This document shows positions 43,918 to 53,911 of a DNA stretch of 64,000 bases, piece after piece. The first letter of the stretch is position 1, and every line of letters starts with the position of its first letter. The stretch lies in the IMG/VR virus record IMGVR_UViG_3300020213_000034, positions 611 through 64,610 of that record, one strand, 5' to 3'. Under the pieces are notes generated by a model. It was not told where the DNA came from. It did not search any database and worked only from the letters and a program-made list of their open reading frames with translations. The DNA comes from a virus (taxonomy: Duplodnaviria > Caudoviricetes). Position numbers and translations under genes: made by a program.

Positions 43918-44342
43918 TCCCTGTCATCGACGCCCTAAAGCTGCCGGACGGCACCATTGTCGAGGCTGTTGGTGGTCGCCTCACGGTGACCAGTCCCCGA
44001 GTGGAAAAGCACCGCGACGACGGCACGCCATACACCCAGCAGACCTTCTCAGTCAGCGATGGAACAGGCGAGATGCTGGGCACGATCTACGACCACTACC
44101 AGCTTGAGCCCCACGACGGAAAGAAGGTGGTGTTTGCGTCCATGAAAGCGCGCAACAATCGCTTTGGCGGGGTGACCATCAAGGTTGACCCGACCAGTGG
44201 TGGCCTGTTTGCCCGCCGCCCAGCCAAGGCCGTGATCCGCGTTTCCAAAGCCGGCGCCATCCACACCCCCGAGACGTATGCTCAGCTGTGTGGAACCACC
44301 AAGCGGCCCGAGCAAAAACTTTCCCCTAAACTTGGGGATTAA
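43914..44342 (+). CDS. OB-fold-like protein
   Basis: Q.F.VSDGTGE..GT.Y. Confidence 0.55.
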   Translation: MIPVIDALKLPDGTIVEAVGGRLTVTSPRVEKHRDDGTPYTQQTFSVSDGTGEMLGTIYDHYQLEPHDGKKVVFASMKARNNRFGGVTIKVDPTSGGLFARRPAKAVIRVSKAGAIHTPETYAQLCGTTKRPEQKLSPKLGD

Positions 44343-44348
44343 CAAACC

Positions 44349-45074
44349 ATGAGCACGTTCAAACTGACAGACAAAGGCGGAGCCGATTTCGCCCCCATAC
44401 CGGCCGAGACCCATCAGGCCGTTTGCTACGGTGTCGTTGACACCGGCACGCAGAAGTCCAACAACCCACAGCACGGTTCCAAGCGCAAGCTTGTGCTTGT
44501 CTTCGAGCTGCCCTACGTCAGGGCGGACTTCGGAGACAAGAAGGACCAGCCGCGGGCCATCAGCATCACGTTGACCGCCTCCCTCAACCAGAAGGCCGTT
44601 CTCCGCGGCATGCTGGAGAGCTGGCGTGGTCGCAAGTTCACGGCACAGGAGCTGGAGGGTTTCGACCCGAAGGTCCTGATCGGCGTGAACTGCATGCTGG
44701 GCGTCATCCACGAGGAGAAGGGCGACAAGGTCTATGCCAATATCAAGAGCATCTCGAAGCTCATGGCCCAGATTCCTGTCGTCAAGCAGGAGAACCCGTC
44801 GCTCTACTTCACGCTGGAGGGTGCTGACCTGACGAACCTACGATTCCCTGTGAACATGCCTCAGTGGATTCAGAAGAAGGTCACATTCTGCGAAGAGGTC
44901 ATGCAGGCCACTGGCGCGGAAGGCCGCGAGCCTCTGGACATGGGTGACGAGGCATCCCACCGCGCTGCACACGAAGCCGACGTTGCGGCCCATGCGGCCG
45001 GGGCCAATGTCAACAAGCCGTCCGTTCCGGCTCCTGCCAAGCAGGAGATTCTGGACGAAGAGGTCCCGTTCTGA
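44349..45074 (+). CDS. ssDNA-binding/annealing protein
   Basis: A.CY.VVD.GTQ...K....FEL, L...LESWRGR.FT..E..GFD...LIG.NC; acidic DEEVPF tail. Confidence 0.75.
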   Translation: MSTFKLTDKGGADFAPIPAETHQAVCYGVVDTGTQKSNNPQHGSKRKLVLVFELPYVRADFGDKKDQPRAISITLTASLNQKAVLRGMLESWRGRKFTAQELEGFDPKVLIGVNCMLGVIHEEKGDKVYANIKSISKLMAQIPVVKQENPSLYFTLEGADLTNLRFPVNMPQWIQKKVTFCEEVMQATGAEGREPLDMGDEASHRAAHEADVAAHAAGANVNKPSVPAPAKQEILDEEVPF

Positions 45075-45076
45075 GC

Positions 45077-45505
45077 ATGCTACCGGGACTAAATAAGCCC
45101 CTGCGACACTGCACTCTGAGTGACCTTAGCCGGCACTCGGAGTGCAGCTCTGCGCGCCAATCGCAGGCCCAACGTGTCTACAGCGTGGGGCTTCTGGAGG
45201 AAGCCTACAAGCTGAGTAAGGAGGTTGGGCTAGGCGAGGCTGCGCGTGTCACTGAGGTCAATGCGAATAGCCTGAGTCACTACACCCAGATTCGCCGCAG
45301 GGAAGAGGGCCATAAGCCCAAGAAGATTGGCGGCAGGCGCATCACCGATGCCCAGAAGAAGGATTGCCTGAAGATCATGCAGATGCTGCACCAGCGCGGC
45401 TTCAGCAAGGGCAGGCGCAAGTGCTGGATCGAGGCTGGAAAAAGAATAGGAGTCAACGGGCGATCCGTTGAGTTCCAATACGTCCGCGGACTGTGGACCC
45501 CCTGA
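45077..45505 (+). CDS. putative HTH DNA-binding protein
   Basis: two HTH-like segments; basic. Confidence 0.5.
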   Translation: MLPGLNKPLRHCTLSDLSRHSECSSARQSQAQRVYSVGLLEEAYKLSKEVGLGEAARVTEVNANSLSHYTQIRRREEGHKPKKIGGRRITDAQKKDCLKIMQMLHQRGFSKGRRKCWIEAGKRIGVNGRSVEFQYVRGLWTP

Positions 45506-45508
45506 TTT

Positions 45509-46318
45509 ATGCTATTGAAACAAGGACAACAAAACTTCGTCAAGGAAGAGACCAGTGCCCACTGGTATAAGGTCATGCCGGACGGCTCTGTCGTCTCGCA
45601 GCACGACGCCGACCTTCGGCGCGCCCGCAAGGAGAAGCTCTTCCCGAGCCCGACCAGCATCGAGAAAGAAGTCCGGGCCAATCCAATCCTGAGCCGATGG
45701 ATCAAGAACCAAGTGGCCAAGGCCTTCGTGAATAACCCGCGCTTTGAGGGCGAGGACGACCAGCCATACGCCGAGCGCATCCTGAAGCTGGCTGACGGCG
45801 TGCGGGATAACGCAGCCGATCTAGGCACCCGCATCCACGCCGCCATCGAGAATGATGGCACCTCCGACCCGGCGATCCTGCCGTTCTATGAGGCCTACCT
45901 TCCGTGGCATGCCGACAACATTGAGACCACTATCGGGAGCGAGGTGAAGATGGCGGACGAGACCATTGGCGTGGCCGGAACGGTGGACCGAATTGTGCAG
46001 CACAAGCAGCACGGTCTGGTCATCCTCGACTACAAGACGAAGAAGGTCAGGGACGGCAAGGCCGAGTTTTATGACAGTTTCTCGCGCCAGCTGTCGTTCT
46101 ATGCCGGTGCCTACAGGCGCATGCATGGCGTGCTGCCACGCATCATGTCCGTGGTGATCGACTCCAAGAATCCCAGCCGCCCCTACGACAAACTCTACTC
46201 AATGGAAGAGCAGCAAGAGGCCTACATTGAATTCCTGTCCCATGTTTGGCTGTGGTGTTCGTCCAAGGACTACTGGCCAGCCGGCAAGTGGAATCCGTCG
46301 TTCCCGTTTGACCATTGA
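45509..46318 (+). CDS. PD-(D/E)XK exonuclease
   Basis: PSPTSI, GT.IH.AIE, E, AGTVD, ILDYKT, QL..Y. Confidence 0.85.
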   Translation: MLLKQGQQNFVKEETSAHWYKVMPDGSVVSQHDADLRRARKEKLFPSPTSIEKEVRANPILSRWIKNQVAKAFVNNPRFEGEDDQPYAERILKLADGVRDNAADLGTRIHAAIENDGTSDPAILPFYEAYLPWHADNIETTIGSEVKMADETIGVAGTVDRIVQHKQHGLVILDYKTKKVRDGKAEFYDSFSRQLSFYAGAYRRMHGVLPRIMSVVIDSKNPSRPYDKLYSMEEQQEAYIEFLSHVWLWCSSKDYWPAGKWNPSFPFDH

Positions 46319-46340
46319 GCCCATTGAGCCCATTGAGCCC

Positions 46341-46616
46341 ATGATCGTAGGCAACCCCAAGATCAAGGTCACCAAGACGGATGTCTGCCGATTGCTGAAC
46401 GAGCATGCGGCAGGCGTGTTTCCTGAGCTTGTGCCCATGCTCGACAAATACATGGAGTCATGCACGAGAGCCCGCCGCACCGCTGTCAGCCAGTTTGGAT
46501 TCTGGCTAAGACAGCACAAGCCCGTCCACTTCCAGCGCTGCTACAGGTGGGCGCAGAAGAACCAGATAAAGGTCTTGGACACCCTTTACGCCACCGACTC
46601 CGATGCCAATCCCTGA
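46341..46616 (+). CDS. hypothetical protein
   Basis: ATG after three CCATTGAGC repeats (46312-46338). Confidence 0.6.
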   Translation: MIVGNPKIKVTKTDVCRLLNEHAAGVFPELVPMLDKYMESCTRARRTAVSQFGFWLRQHKPVHFQRCYRWAQKNQIKVLDTLYATDSDANP

Positions 46617-46908
46617 CGAAACAGCCTATCTGGACGTGCCAAAGCACGAGCCATACGACTCTCCACTCAGATGGATGATCCAAAGTCGCACCAAGGGCCA
46701 CGAAGCCTACGTTGTGGACCTCGGCCTGCCTGAGTGCCAGTGTCGTTTCTGGCAGTGCGAGGTCGGTCCCAAGCTTAGAAAAGGCTTGCCAGTTAATAAG
46801 CTATGCACACACTGGCACATGGCTCGTGACCGCTTTGCGTCGTGGGCCATTGACCAATTCAAGAAACACGATCCGAACAAGTCACACGACGACGAACAAC
46901 TTCGATGA
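46603..46908 (+). CDS. SWIM zinc-finger protein
   Basis: Y.VDL...ECQC..W....C.H. Confidence 0.7.
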   Translation: MPIPDETAYLDVPKHEPYDSPLRWMIQSRTKGHEAYVVDLGLPECQCRFWQCEVGPKLRKGLPVNKLCTHWHMARDRFASWAIDQFKKHDPNKSHDDEQLR

Positions 46909-47222
46909 ACCAACCTACTCCCGCCAAGCTCGGTCTCCGGGCGCAACTCAAGCAAACGCAGCGACTGCTGAAGTCAGCCATTGCCAACGCCAACCACGGC
47001 ACATTCGTGGCCAACGCCATGTTTTGGAAGCTGGGCCTCAAGGACCGCGAGGAGATCAAGGCCATCGTGGATGAATACATGGCAGTGATGCACGCCAAGG
47101 TCGTGGAAGAGAAGGCATCACGTGAACAGGGCAGCTCGCAAGTCATCGAGGGCTTCATCCCGGTTGACGCAGTGGTCTTGAGCAAGGTTCAAGAGCACCT
47201 CGACGGCACCGACAGCGCATGA
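46905..47222 (+). CDS. hypothetical protein
   Basis: coupled ORF. Confidence 0.6.
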   Translation: MNQPTPAKLGLRAQLKQTQRLLKSAIANANHGTFVANAMFWKLGLKDREEIKAIVDEYMAVMHAKVVEEKASREQGSSQVIEGFIPVDAVVLSKVQEHLDGTDSA

Positions 47223-48775
47223 GCGGGCCATACTCCCCCATTCGCCCCAAGGACCGGGCGAGAGTGAGCCGGGTATACATCAACCTCGGCCGAACCGGAG
47301 ACGCCATCGCAAGCCTGCCGCTCTGCTATCTCTACTGGAAGGAGACCGGCAAGAAAGCAGCGCTCATGGTGCATCGCCAGTTCTCCTCCTTCTTGGAGGG
47401 CGTGAGCTATGTTGAGCCGGAAATATGGGAGGGCGACTGGAAGGATGTTGGGTCGGCCCGCCAGCACTGCAAGCGCCTTGGCTATACCGAGATCAAGGTC
47501 GCTCAGATTTACGGCAACGGCATCACGGTGGGTCGCAACACTTCGTCCTTCATCCTCGAGTCATGGCATCAGGTGGGGCGATTGGCCGACTGGGCCAATG
47601 CGCCTCTGGTGTTTGACCGACGCAATGCGGCCCGTGAGGCCAAGCTTGCCGAGGCCCTTCCGGAAGGCCTGCCAATCATTCTGGTTGCAGCCGATGGCGT
47701 GTCTTCCCCGTTCGAGCACCGCGAGGCGATGATGCAGGCGCTGCGAGAGACCTTCTCTGGCGCAGCCAAGGTTGCGCATATTGTGGACCTTGCCGACTAT
47801 CGCTCGCCCCATTTCCACGACTTCCTCGGCCTGATGGACCGCGCCGCCTGCTTGGTGACAATCGACACCGGGTTTGGCCAGCTCGCCTGCGCCAGTTCCG
47901 TGCCCGTCGTGGCACTCATAGCTTACAAGCCGACGACGTGGCACAGCTCACCTCGCCGCACCCAGCACGTGGCCTACATCCGCTACAATGAGTTCCCGTC
48001 CCGCAAGGGGGAGTTCCTGCAGGCGGTTGACCGCTGCATCTCGGCCCGCCCCCGCGTTCAGACCAACAGCTCCCGCATTCACCATGTCTGGTCCGGCGTT
48101 GCGCTCAGCCATGAGGCCATCCGCCGGCAGGGGGTTGCGCAAGAGACGTGGAGGAGCGAGGCCTACGACTACGGCAACTGGCACGAATATCAAGTCAGCT
48201 CGGCGGATTTCAAGCGATCCGCCCGAGACATCGGGGACCCGGTGGCGTTGCCATATATCAACGACATGCTGGATCACGCAGCGGCCAAGGCTGAGCCAGA
48301 TGACATTTTGCTTATCACCAATACTGACATCTGTCTTGTGCCCGGCCTTGCCAAGGAGCTTGTGCAGAAGTGCAAATCCGTCGGGTCAACCTATTGCCAT
48401 CGGTGGGATTTCCCGCGAGTGAACACGCACATCGAGCGCAAGGACATCCATATCGGCAGCAGCTGGTATATTGGCTGCGATCTGTTCGCGTGCAGCAAGC
48501 GCTGGTGGGACCAGCACAAGCACAAGCTTCCACCGATGGTGCTTGGGCGTGAGTGTTGGGACTGGGCGTTTCGCGTTCTGATCGAAGAGACCGGAGGGTC
48601 ACAGATCGAGCGGGGCATATACCACGAGAAGCACGCTTCGCCTTGGGAGGTTACGCGCAACCTGAAGGGTAACCTATACAACCGCAGCTACTGCCGGGCG
48701 TTCCTTCAGGAACGAGGACTGCCGTTGCAAGAGATTGCCAACGAGCCGTTCATCGACATCAAACGGCCCCTATGA
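47219..48775 (+). CDS. GT9-like glycosyltransferase fused to a second GT-A-like domain
   Basis: LGR.GD....LP, LVTIDTG..QLA.A..VP; C-terminal ITNTDICL domain. Confidence 0.7.
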   Translation: MSGPYSPIRPKDRARVSRVYINLGRTGDAIASLPLCYLYWKETGKKAALMVHRQFSSFLEGVSYVEPEIWEGDWKDVGSARQHCKRLGYTEIKVAQIYGNGITVGRNTSSFILESWHQVGRLADWANAPLVFDRRNAAREAKLAEALPEGLPIILVAADGVSSPFEHREAMMQALRETFSGAAKVAHIVDLADYRSPHFHDFLGLMDRAACLVTIDTGFGQLACASSVPVVALIAYKPTTWHSSPRRTQHVAYIRYNEFPSRKGEFLQAVDRCISARPRVQTNSSRIHHVWSGVALSHEAIRRQGVAQETWRSEAYDYGNWHEYQVSSADFKRSARDIGDPVALPYINDMLDHAAAKAEPDDILLITNTDICLVPGLAKELVQKCKSVGSTYCHRWDFPRVNTHIERKDIHIGSSWYIGCDLFACSKRWWDQHKHKLPPMVLGRECWDWAFRVLIEETGGSQIERGIYHEKHASPWEVTRNLKGNLYNRSYCRAFLQERGLPLQEIANEPFIDIKRPL

Positions 48776-49074
48776 AGCGAACGCCCATCCGCCGCGTCAG
48801 CAAGAAACGCATGCGAGACATGCGGGAATACTCGAAGCTTCGCAAGGAGTTCCTCGAAAAGCACGTCAACTGTCAGGCGTGGCCAGTAATCCGTTGCCAC
48901 CTGAAGATGCACGGGCTTCCGCCCCCGCCGTCAACCGAGGTCCACCACAAGGCCAAGCGCGGCAAGAATTACCTCAACACTGATACGTGGCTGGCCGTGT
49001 GCCGCGCTAGTCATGAGTGGATCGAGAACCACAAAAACGTAGCCCGTCAGCTGGGCCTTTTGGAGAACATCTGA
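48772..49074 (+). CDS. small HNH-like protein
   Basis: MKRTPIRRVSKK; STEVHH...RG......WLAVCR..H.WI. Confidence 0.75.
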   Translation: MKRTPIRRVSKKRMRDMREYSKLRKEFLEKHVNCQAWPVIRCHLKMHGLPPPPSTEVHHKAKRGKNYLNTDTWLAVCRASHEWIENHKNVARQLGLLENI

Positions 49075-50564
49075 TGCAGCCATCAATCTATCACGCATGG
49101 TCAGGCAGCAAGGGCGACGTCGAGACCGACCGCCGCGTCTCCATGGCCCAGCAGACCAGAGAGACCGAGTCCGCCCAATACGGCGGCACGTATTTGCTCA
49201 TGGACCTGAGTCAGCGCGACTTCAAGCGCACCGGCAAGGACGTCGGTGACCCGGCGCCGCTGCCGTTCATCCATGACATGGCTGATGCCGCCTTTGACAC
49301 GGTCATCGAGAACGACTCCGACATCTGCGTCATTACCAACGCCGACATCTGTCTGTATCGTGGATTCTCCGACGAGGTTGCCGACGTCTGCGGGAAGCAT
49401 GGCTCTTGCTATGCCTATCGCTGGGACTTTTCCAGTGTGTCTGGACCCATATCCACCAAGGCCGAGATCAAGAAGGGGCGCTGGTATATTGGCAGCGATG
49501 CGTTCGCCTTCACCCGCAAGTGGTGGAATGACCACCGCGATGAGCTTCCCCCCTTCATTCTTGGCCGGGAGACATGGGACTGGATTCTGCGTGAGCTTAT
49601 CAAGGAGACAGGCGGACAGGAGCTGCATGCCGCCATCTATCATGAAAGCCACCGTTCGCCATGGAAGAAGGGCCGTCTCTATCAGCCGGGCAACGTCTAC
49701 AACCGCAGCTATGCCCGCGCTTGGCTGCGCCACCGCAAGATGCACCTGCGCGAGATTGCCAATGCCCCCTACGACGAAGTGTCTTGGCCGCTGGTCAAAT
49801 GGGCCAAGAAGGAAGGGGCGCCTGTCATCTCTGGCGTAACCACCGACGTCCTGATTGTCCTTGGCCGTGGCAGCAAGTGGTCCAACACCGAGCTGCGATA
49901 CTGCCTGCGGTCGATTGAGAAGCATGCGAATGGCCTCGGCCGAGTGTTCGTGGTTGGAAACAACCCGGGCTTCCTGAGTAAGGAGTGCATCACCCTGTGG
50001 CGCGACGACGCCGGCAAGAACAAGGAACACAACATCGCGGAACAGGTCATGCATGCCTGCAAGAGTCTGCCGCTGTCAGAGGACTTCCTGTGGACCACAG
50101 ACGACGTGTTCTTCCTTCAGGATACAGACATCACCAAATACCCCTACTACCACGACGGCGATCTGGAGCAGAAGTGGAACAGGTGCAAGCCGGGCGGCTA
50201 CCGCGTGGCGCTCATGCAGACGGACGCCCAGCTGCGCGGCAAGAGCCTGCCGACTTCGAACCACGAGATTCACGTTCCGCTGATGTATAACCGCACGAAG
50301 TTCCGCTCGCTGGAGAAATGGCTCGACCTTTCGTCCCGGGTTCCCATGGGGCTGACGTTCCGCTCGGTCTACTGCAACGTCCTTGGCGTCACCCCGGGCC
50401 CGCGCTACACCGACATGAAGATCGGCAACGCGACTACCGCGGCGGAGCTGAAGGCCAAGACATCCGGGCGGCACTGCTTCTCCATCGGTGACGGTCTGCT
50501 GGATGACGCCAAGGGGTTTCTGCATGAGCTGTTCCCGAATCCGTCGAAATACGAGGCCTCCTGA
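49074..50564 (+). CDS. GT-A-like domain fused to a Stealth-like sugar-phosphotransferase domain
   Basis: ITNADICL domain; ELRYCLRSIEKH, VFVVG..P.FL, LSEDFL...DD.F, E.HVP, FRS.Y.N. Confidence 0.7.
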   Translation: MQPSIYHAWSGSKGDVETDRRVSMAQQTRETESAQYGGTYLLMDLSQRDFKRTGKDVGDPAPLPFIHDMADAAFDTVIENDSDICVITNADICLYRGFSDEVADVCGKHGSCYAYRWDFSSVSGPISTKAEIKKGRWYIGSDAFAFTRKWWNDHRDELPPFILGRETWDWILRELIKETGGQELHAAIYHESHRSPWKKGRLYQPGNVYNRSYARAWLRHRKMHLREIANAPYDEVSWPLVKWAKKEGAPVISGVTTDVLIVLGRGSKWSNTELRYCLRSIEKHANGLGRVFVVGNNPGFLSKECITLWRDDAGKNKEHNIAEQVMHACKSLPLSEDFLWTTDDVFFLQDTDITKYPYYHDGDLEQKWNRCKPGGYRVALMQTDAQLRGKSLPTSNHEIHVPLMYNRTKFRSLEKWLDLSSRVPMGLTFRSVYCNVLGVTPGPRYTDMKIGNATTAAELKAKTSGRHCFSIGDGLLDDAKGFLHELFPNPSKYEAS

Positions 50565-50929
50565 TGCCAAGGTATACCGAGTTCAAATCGTGCTGTGCCC
50601 TCATGGAGTGGTGGTCCTTCTACGCACGGATCAACAAGTTCTACGAGGGCCTGCTGTTTCACTGCCCCAACCAGTCGGCGGGAGGCGTCAAGAATGGGCG
50701 CAATCTGCAGCGCATGGGTGTGCGCAAGGGCCAGCCCGACTACATGCTGGCGATTCCGCGTGGCGTATATCATGGGATGTTCATCGAGATGAAGTCAGCT
50801 GATGGCAGGCTTTCTCCGGAGCAAAAGGTTGCCCTTGATAAGCTTGCCCAGCAAGGCTACTGCATCGCAGCTTTCTACTCGACAGATGAAGCTCGCAACG
50901 GCATTGAGGCCTATCTGAAACAGCCATGA
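50564..50929 (+). CDS. VRR-NUC domain nuclease
   Basis: FH.PN, GV.KG.PD, FIEMK...GRLS.EQ. Confidence 0.9.
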   Translation: MPRYTEFKSCCALMEWWSFYARINKFYEGLLFHCPNQSAGGVKNGRNLQRMGVRKGQPDYMLAIPRGVYHGMFIEMKSADGRLSPEQKVALDKLAQQGYCIAAFYSTDEARNGIEAYLKQP

Positions 50930-51390
50930 CACCGACTTACATATTCGACCTAGACGGAACGCTCGCGCTCTGTCATCACCGTCAGCATATTCTAGACAAT
51001 CGGGCGAACCCGCATCGCTGGCGCGACTTCTTCAAGGCCTGCGTGGATGACGAGCCTAATCGCTCCGTGATCCACACCTTCCATGCCTTGCTTCGCTCCG
51101 AGGGGGCTGTTGCGATCTGGTCCGGCCGCAGCGACGAGGTTCGTGAAGAGACGGAGCAGTGGCTCGAGTCGCGCCTTCACGTCAGCCGTCAGTGGCTGCG
51201 CGAGAACCTGCGCATGCGCCCGGCCGGAGACAGCCAGCCCGATGATACACTGAAGGGCGGATGGATGGACTCAATTATCACCCATGAATACGCCGGCCCG
51301 GTCGCTATCTTTGACGACCGACAAAAGGTTGTTGATATGTGGCGTTCCCGCGGTCTTACCTGCTATCAGGTTCAGCCCAGCTTCGATTAA
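50926..51390 (+). CDS. HAD-family polynucleotide 3'-phosphatase (PseT C-terminal-like)
   Basis: FDLDGTL, SGR, MR..GD..PD..LK, FDDR..VVDMWR..GL.C.QV. Confidence 0.88.
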   Translation: MTPTYIFDLDGTLALCHHRQHILDNRANPHRWRDFFKACVDDEPNRSVIHTFHALLRSEGAVAIWSGRSDEVREETEQWLESRLHVSRQWLRENLRMRPAGDSQPDDTLKGGWMDSIITHEYAGPVAIFDDRQKVVDMWRSRGLTCYQVQPSFD

Positions 51391-51392
51391 CC

Positions 51393-51764
51393 ATGAAAAA
51401 GATACTGTTCGCCTTCCTGCTGCTTGTCGGCCAAGCGTTCGCCATCGACCGATTGGCCTTCCTGCAGTGCATCGCTATTCAGGAGAATAGCTGGGGCAAG
51501 GCAGGCAAGGCCGGCGAGCTTGGCCCATACCAGATGATGCCCAAGACGGTGCGGGATGCCGGCGGACACGATCTAGTGGCTGCCTTGAGTCATCTGGAAT
51601 GGCTCGAGCGCAGCCTGAAGGCCAAGGGCGTAAAGGTGAATGCATTCAACCTTGCGCTGTGCTGGAACGCTGGCCTTACCCGTGCCACAACCGGGAAGGC
51701 CAAGCTGTTCAGTTACGACTACGCCCTGCATGTTGAGGGCCGCTACTACCGGCTCACCCGGTGA
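51393..51764 (+). CDS. secreted lysozyme/transglycosylase-like protein
   Basis: signal peptide; I..QE....GE.GPYQM; WNAG. Confidence 0.65.
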   Translation: MKKILFAFLLLVGQAFAIDRLAFLQCIAIQENSWGKAGKAGELGPYQMMPKTVRDAGGHDLVAALSHLEWLERSLKAKGVKVNAFNLALCWNAGLTRATTGKAKLFSYDYALHVEGRYYRLTR

Positions 51765-52617
51765 CCATCATCTCGGCCAGCTGCGGCAGCGTGGTCTTGA
51801 AGCAGTGAGAAAAGCTGCTGTACGAGGTGCAGCACTTCGTGTGGTATTCCCTGCTGTATTCAGCGTATACCTTCGCCCAAGACTCCTCCTCGGGAATGAG
51901 TGCATCAATGATTAGTACATCCATGCAGGCCTTGGCGTAGTCTCCAACGCTTCGGGTTACCCCGGAGCCTAGTACAGCCTCGTAGATCGGGCTGTTGACC
52001 TGTTCCCAGACCGCCTGCATCATGTCGCCGGCAAAGTTCCACTCCTTCTCGTCATCCGGGTTCATTACCCTCATGTGGGGGGATAGTCCCTTGGCCACAA
52101 GCCTAGCCTGTTCAGCCAGTTTCTTGGCTAGATGGTGCGGCTTGCGAAGCGGGCTGTCGTGGTGGCTGAAGTAGCCGACGTAGACCTGAATTCCGGTGCT
52201 GCGATAGTAGCGGGCGTAGCCCACCATGGCGTTGCGCTGGGCGGCGTAGATCGTGTTGTTGCTCGGCGTGCTCGTCAGGGACACGTCGTGCTGCTCTTGA
52301 AACTGCAGGATACTTCCGGCCAAATATACTTTGCAGTTCGGCGCGTGGTCCTTGACGGCTTCGAGAATGTGAAGGGCGCCATCAACGATAGCCACTTGGT
52401 TTCGATACCAATCCTCATGCTTGGTGCTGGACTCGGCCGCGAAGTGGAAGACGTAGTCGGGCTCAGCCATGCGCACGATTGAGCGGACATGGGTCTGGCT
52501 GACGACGTTGCATTGAATCCTGCTGTATGCATACACGGCCACACCTTCCCTAGCCAGCAGCTGCTTTAGGTAGTGTCCGTCCTGACCTCCTGCGCCAAAG
52601 ATAATTGCCCGTTTCAA
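51754..52617 (-). CDS. GDP-mannose 4,6-dehydratase-like SDR
   Basis: AIIFGAGGQDGHYL..LL, PDYVFHFAA.S, H.SPLR; catalytic YxxxK is YAAQR. Confidence 0.75.
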   Translation of the reverse strand: MKRAIIFGAGGQDGHYLKQLLAREGVAVYAYSRIQCNVVSQTHVRSIVRMAEPDYVFHFAAESSTKHEDWYRNQVAIVDGALHILEAVKDHAPNCKVYLAGSILQFQEQHDVSLTSTPSNNTIYAAQRNAMVGYARYYRSTGIQVYVGYFSHHDSPLRKPHHLAKKLAEQARLVAKGLSPHMRVMNPDDEKEWNFAGDMMQAVWEQVNSPIYEAVLGSGVTRSVGDYAKACMDVLIIDALIPEEESWAKVYAEYSREYHTKCCTSYSSFSHCFKTTLPQLAEMMVTG

Positions 52618-53831
52618 CGGACCACCTCGAGATTAGGCAGCGGGAACAGGAGCTTGCCGCCGCCCTGCAGATAGGCTTGCTCTCGCTTTACGATGCCTTC
52701 CCTAAAGTGCCAAGGCAGCACCAGCATATAGTCAGGCTTGTAAGCCCTTGCGAACTCCTCGCTGACGATCGGGATATGGGTGCCGGGGGTAAAGCAGCCG
52801 TGCTTGAGCGGGTTGACGTCGGACACAAAGCCGATGTCGCGGTTGGTGAATCCACAGTATTGCAAGAGCACGTTGCCCTTGGTCGATGCGCCCAGAGCCG
52901 CCACCGTGTGGCCTTGGTTGTTCAGATCGCTCACCAGATGACGCAGTTTGGCTCGATGCACCGATACCCGGGCCTCGAAGTTGCGCAGCTCAGATAGCAT
53001 GTCGGTGCGCGTCTCTTTGAGCAGCAAGCCGGTGATGGCGATGGCGTTTTCCTTGTGGCCGCTTCCTATGTGCGCCGCAGTCACAGCAAAACTTCCGCCG
53101 TTGATGTCGTTAAGCTCAACGTCGATCACGCGCAGGCCGTGCTTGGCAAGGAGTGCCATGACCACGCTTAGCGTGTAGTATTCCAAGTGCTCGTGGCACA
53201 CCGTGTCGTAGGCGTTGGCCCGCAGCATGGAAGGGAGATAGCTCTGCTCAAAGTGCCAGATTCCCTGCGGCTTCAGGCTTAGAGCAATATCCCGCACGAA
53301 GACGCTCGGGTCCTCGAGATCGTAAAACATGGCGATGCTCGTGATGATGTCTGCCGTGTTCATCGGACGGAACGCGAAGAAGTTCGCTTCCACTTCGATG
53401 TCCGTGCCCACGTAGTGCTCGCGCCACTTGTCCACGGTCGGGTCTATGCAGATGCGCCTGAGCCCTGCTGTGCCATAGCACTTCAGCAGCGTGCCGTCAT
53501 TGCCTCCGATGTCGAGAACCGTGGACTCGGCATCCAGTGGCTTGATGGTCTGCAGGTAGGCGACCTTGTCTGTCAGGTGCTTGACCATGCTGGCGTTCAG
53601 GCCCGAGCGATAGCCGTAGTTGTCGCCATACATCTCGTTGAGATCGTAGCTCTGCTCCATCTGGAGCAGGCCGGAGTCTGGGCAATAGACAAGGCTGACT
53701 GGGCCAGACGTCACCTTGTCGGTGCGCTTTTTGGGGAAAACCCCGGTGAGTGCCATGTTCCCAAGAGAAAGAACCCTTATCAGATTCGCAGAACCGCTGA
53801 TGCGGCAACGGTCGATTGTGTCGAAGCTCAT
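52614..53831 (-). CDS. NDP-hexose C-methyltransferase
   Basis: CRI.G..L..VLSLG...LTGVF, YGYRSGLN, DIGGNDGTLL, YDT.CHEHLEYY, GASTKGNVLLQ, TPGT.IPI, LPWHF. Confidence 0.9.
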   Translation of the reverse strand: MSFDTIDRCRISGSANLIRVLSLGNMALTGVFPKKRTDKVTSGPVSLVYCPDSGLLQMEQSYDLNEMYGDNYGYRSGLNASMVKHLTDKVAYLQTIKPLDAESTVLDIGGNDGTLLKCYGTAGLRRICIDPTVDKWREHYVGTDIEVEANFFAFRPMNTADIITSIAMFYDLEDPSVFVRDIALSLKPQGIWHFEQSYLPSMLRANAYDTVCHEHLEYYTLSVVMALLAKHGLRVIDVELNDINGGSFAVTAAHIGSGHKENAIAITGLLLKETRTDMLSELRNFEARVSVHRAKLRHLVSDLNNQGHTVAALGASTKGNVLLQYCGFTNRDIGFVSDVNPLKHGCFTPGTHIPIVSEEFARAYKPDYMLVLPWHFREGIVKREQAYLQGGGKLLFPLPNLEVVR

Positions 53832-53911
53832 GCCCGCCGAGCATTCACATGCCAAAAACGCTGTCAAAACAAAATTATTGACGAATTAAGGCCATCTAAT
53901 ACCATGATCGG

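Noticed and set aside
46312-46340. CCATTGAGC triple repeat as a regulatory element
   Set aside because: Most simply slippage at a stop/start junction; no supporting context.
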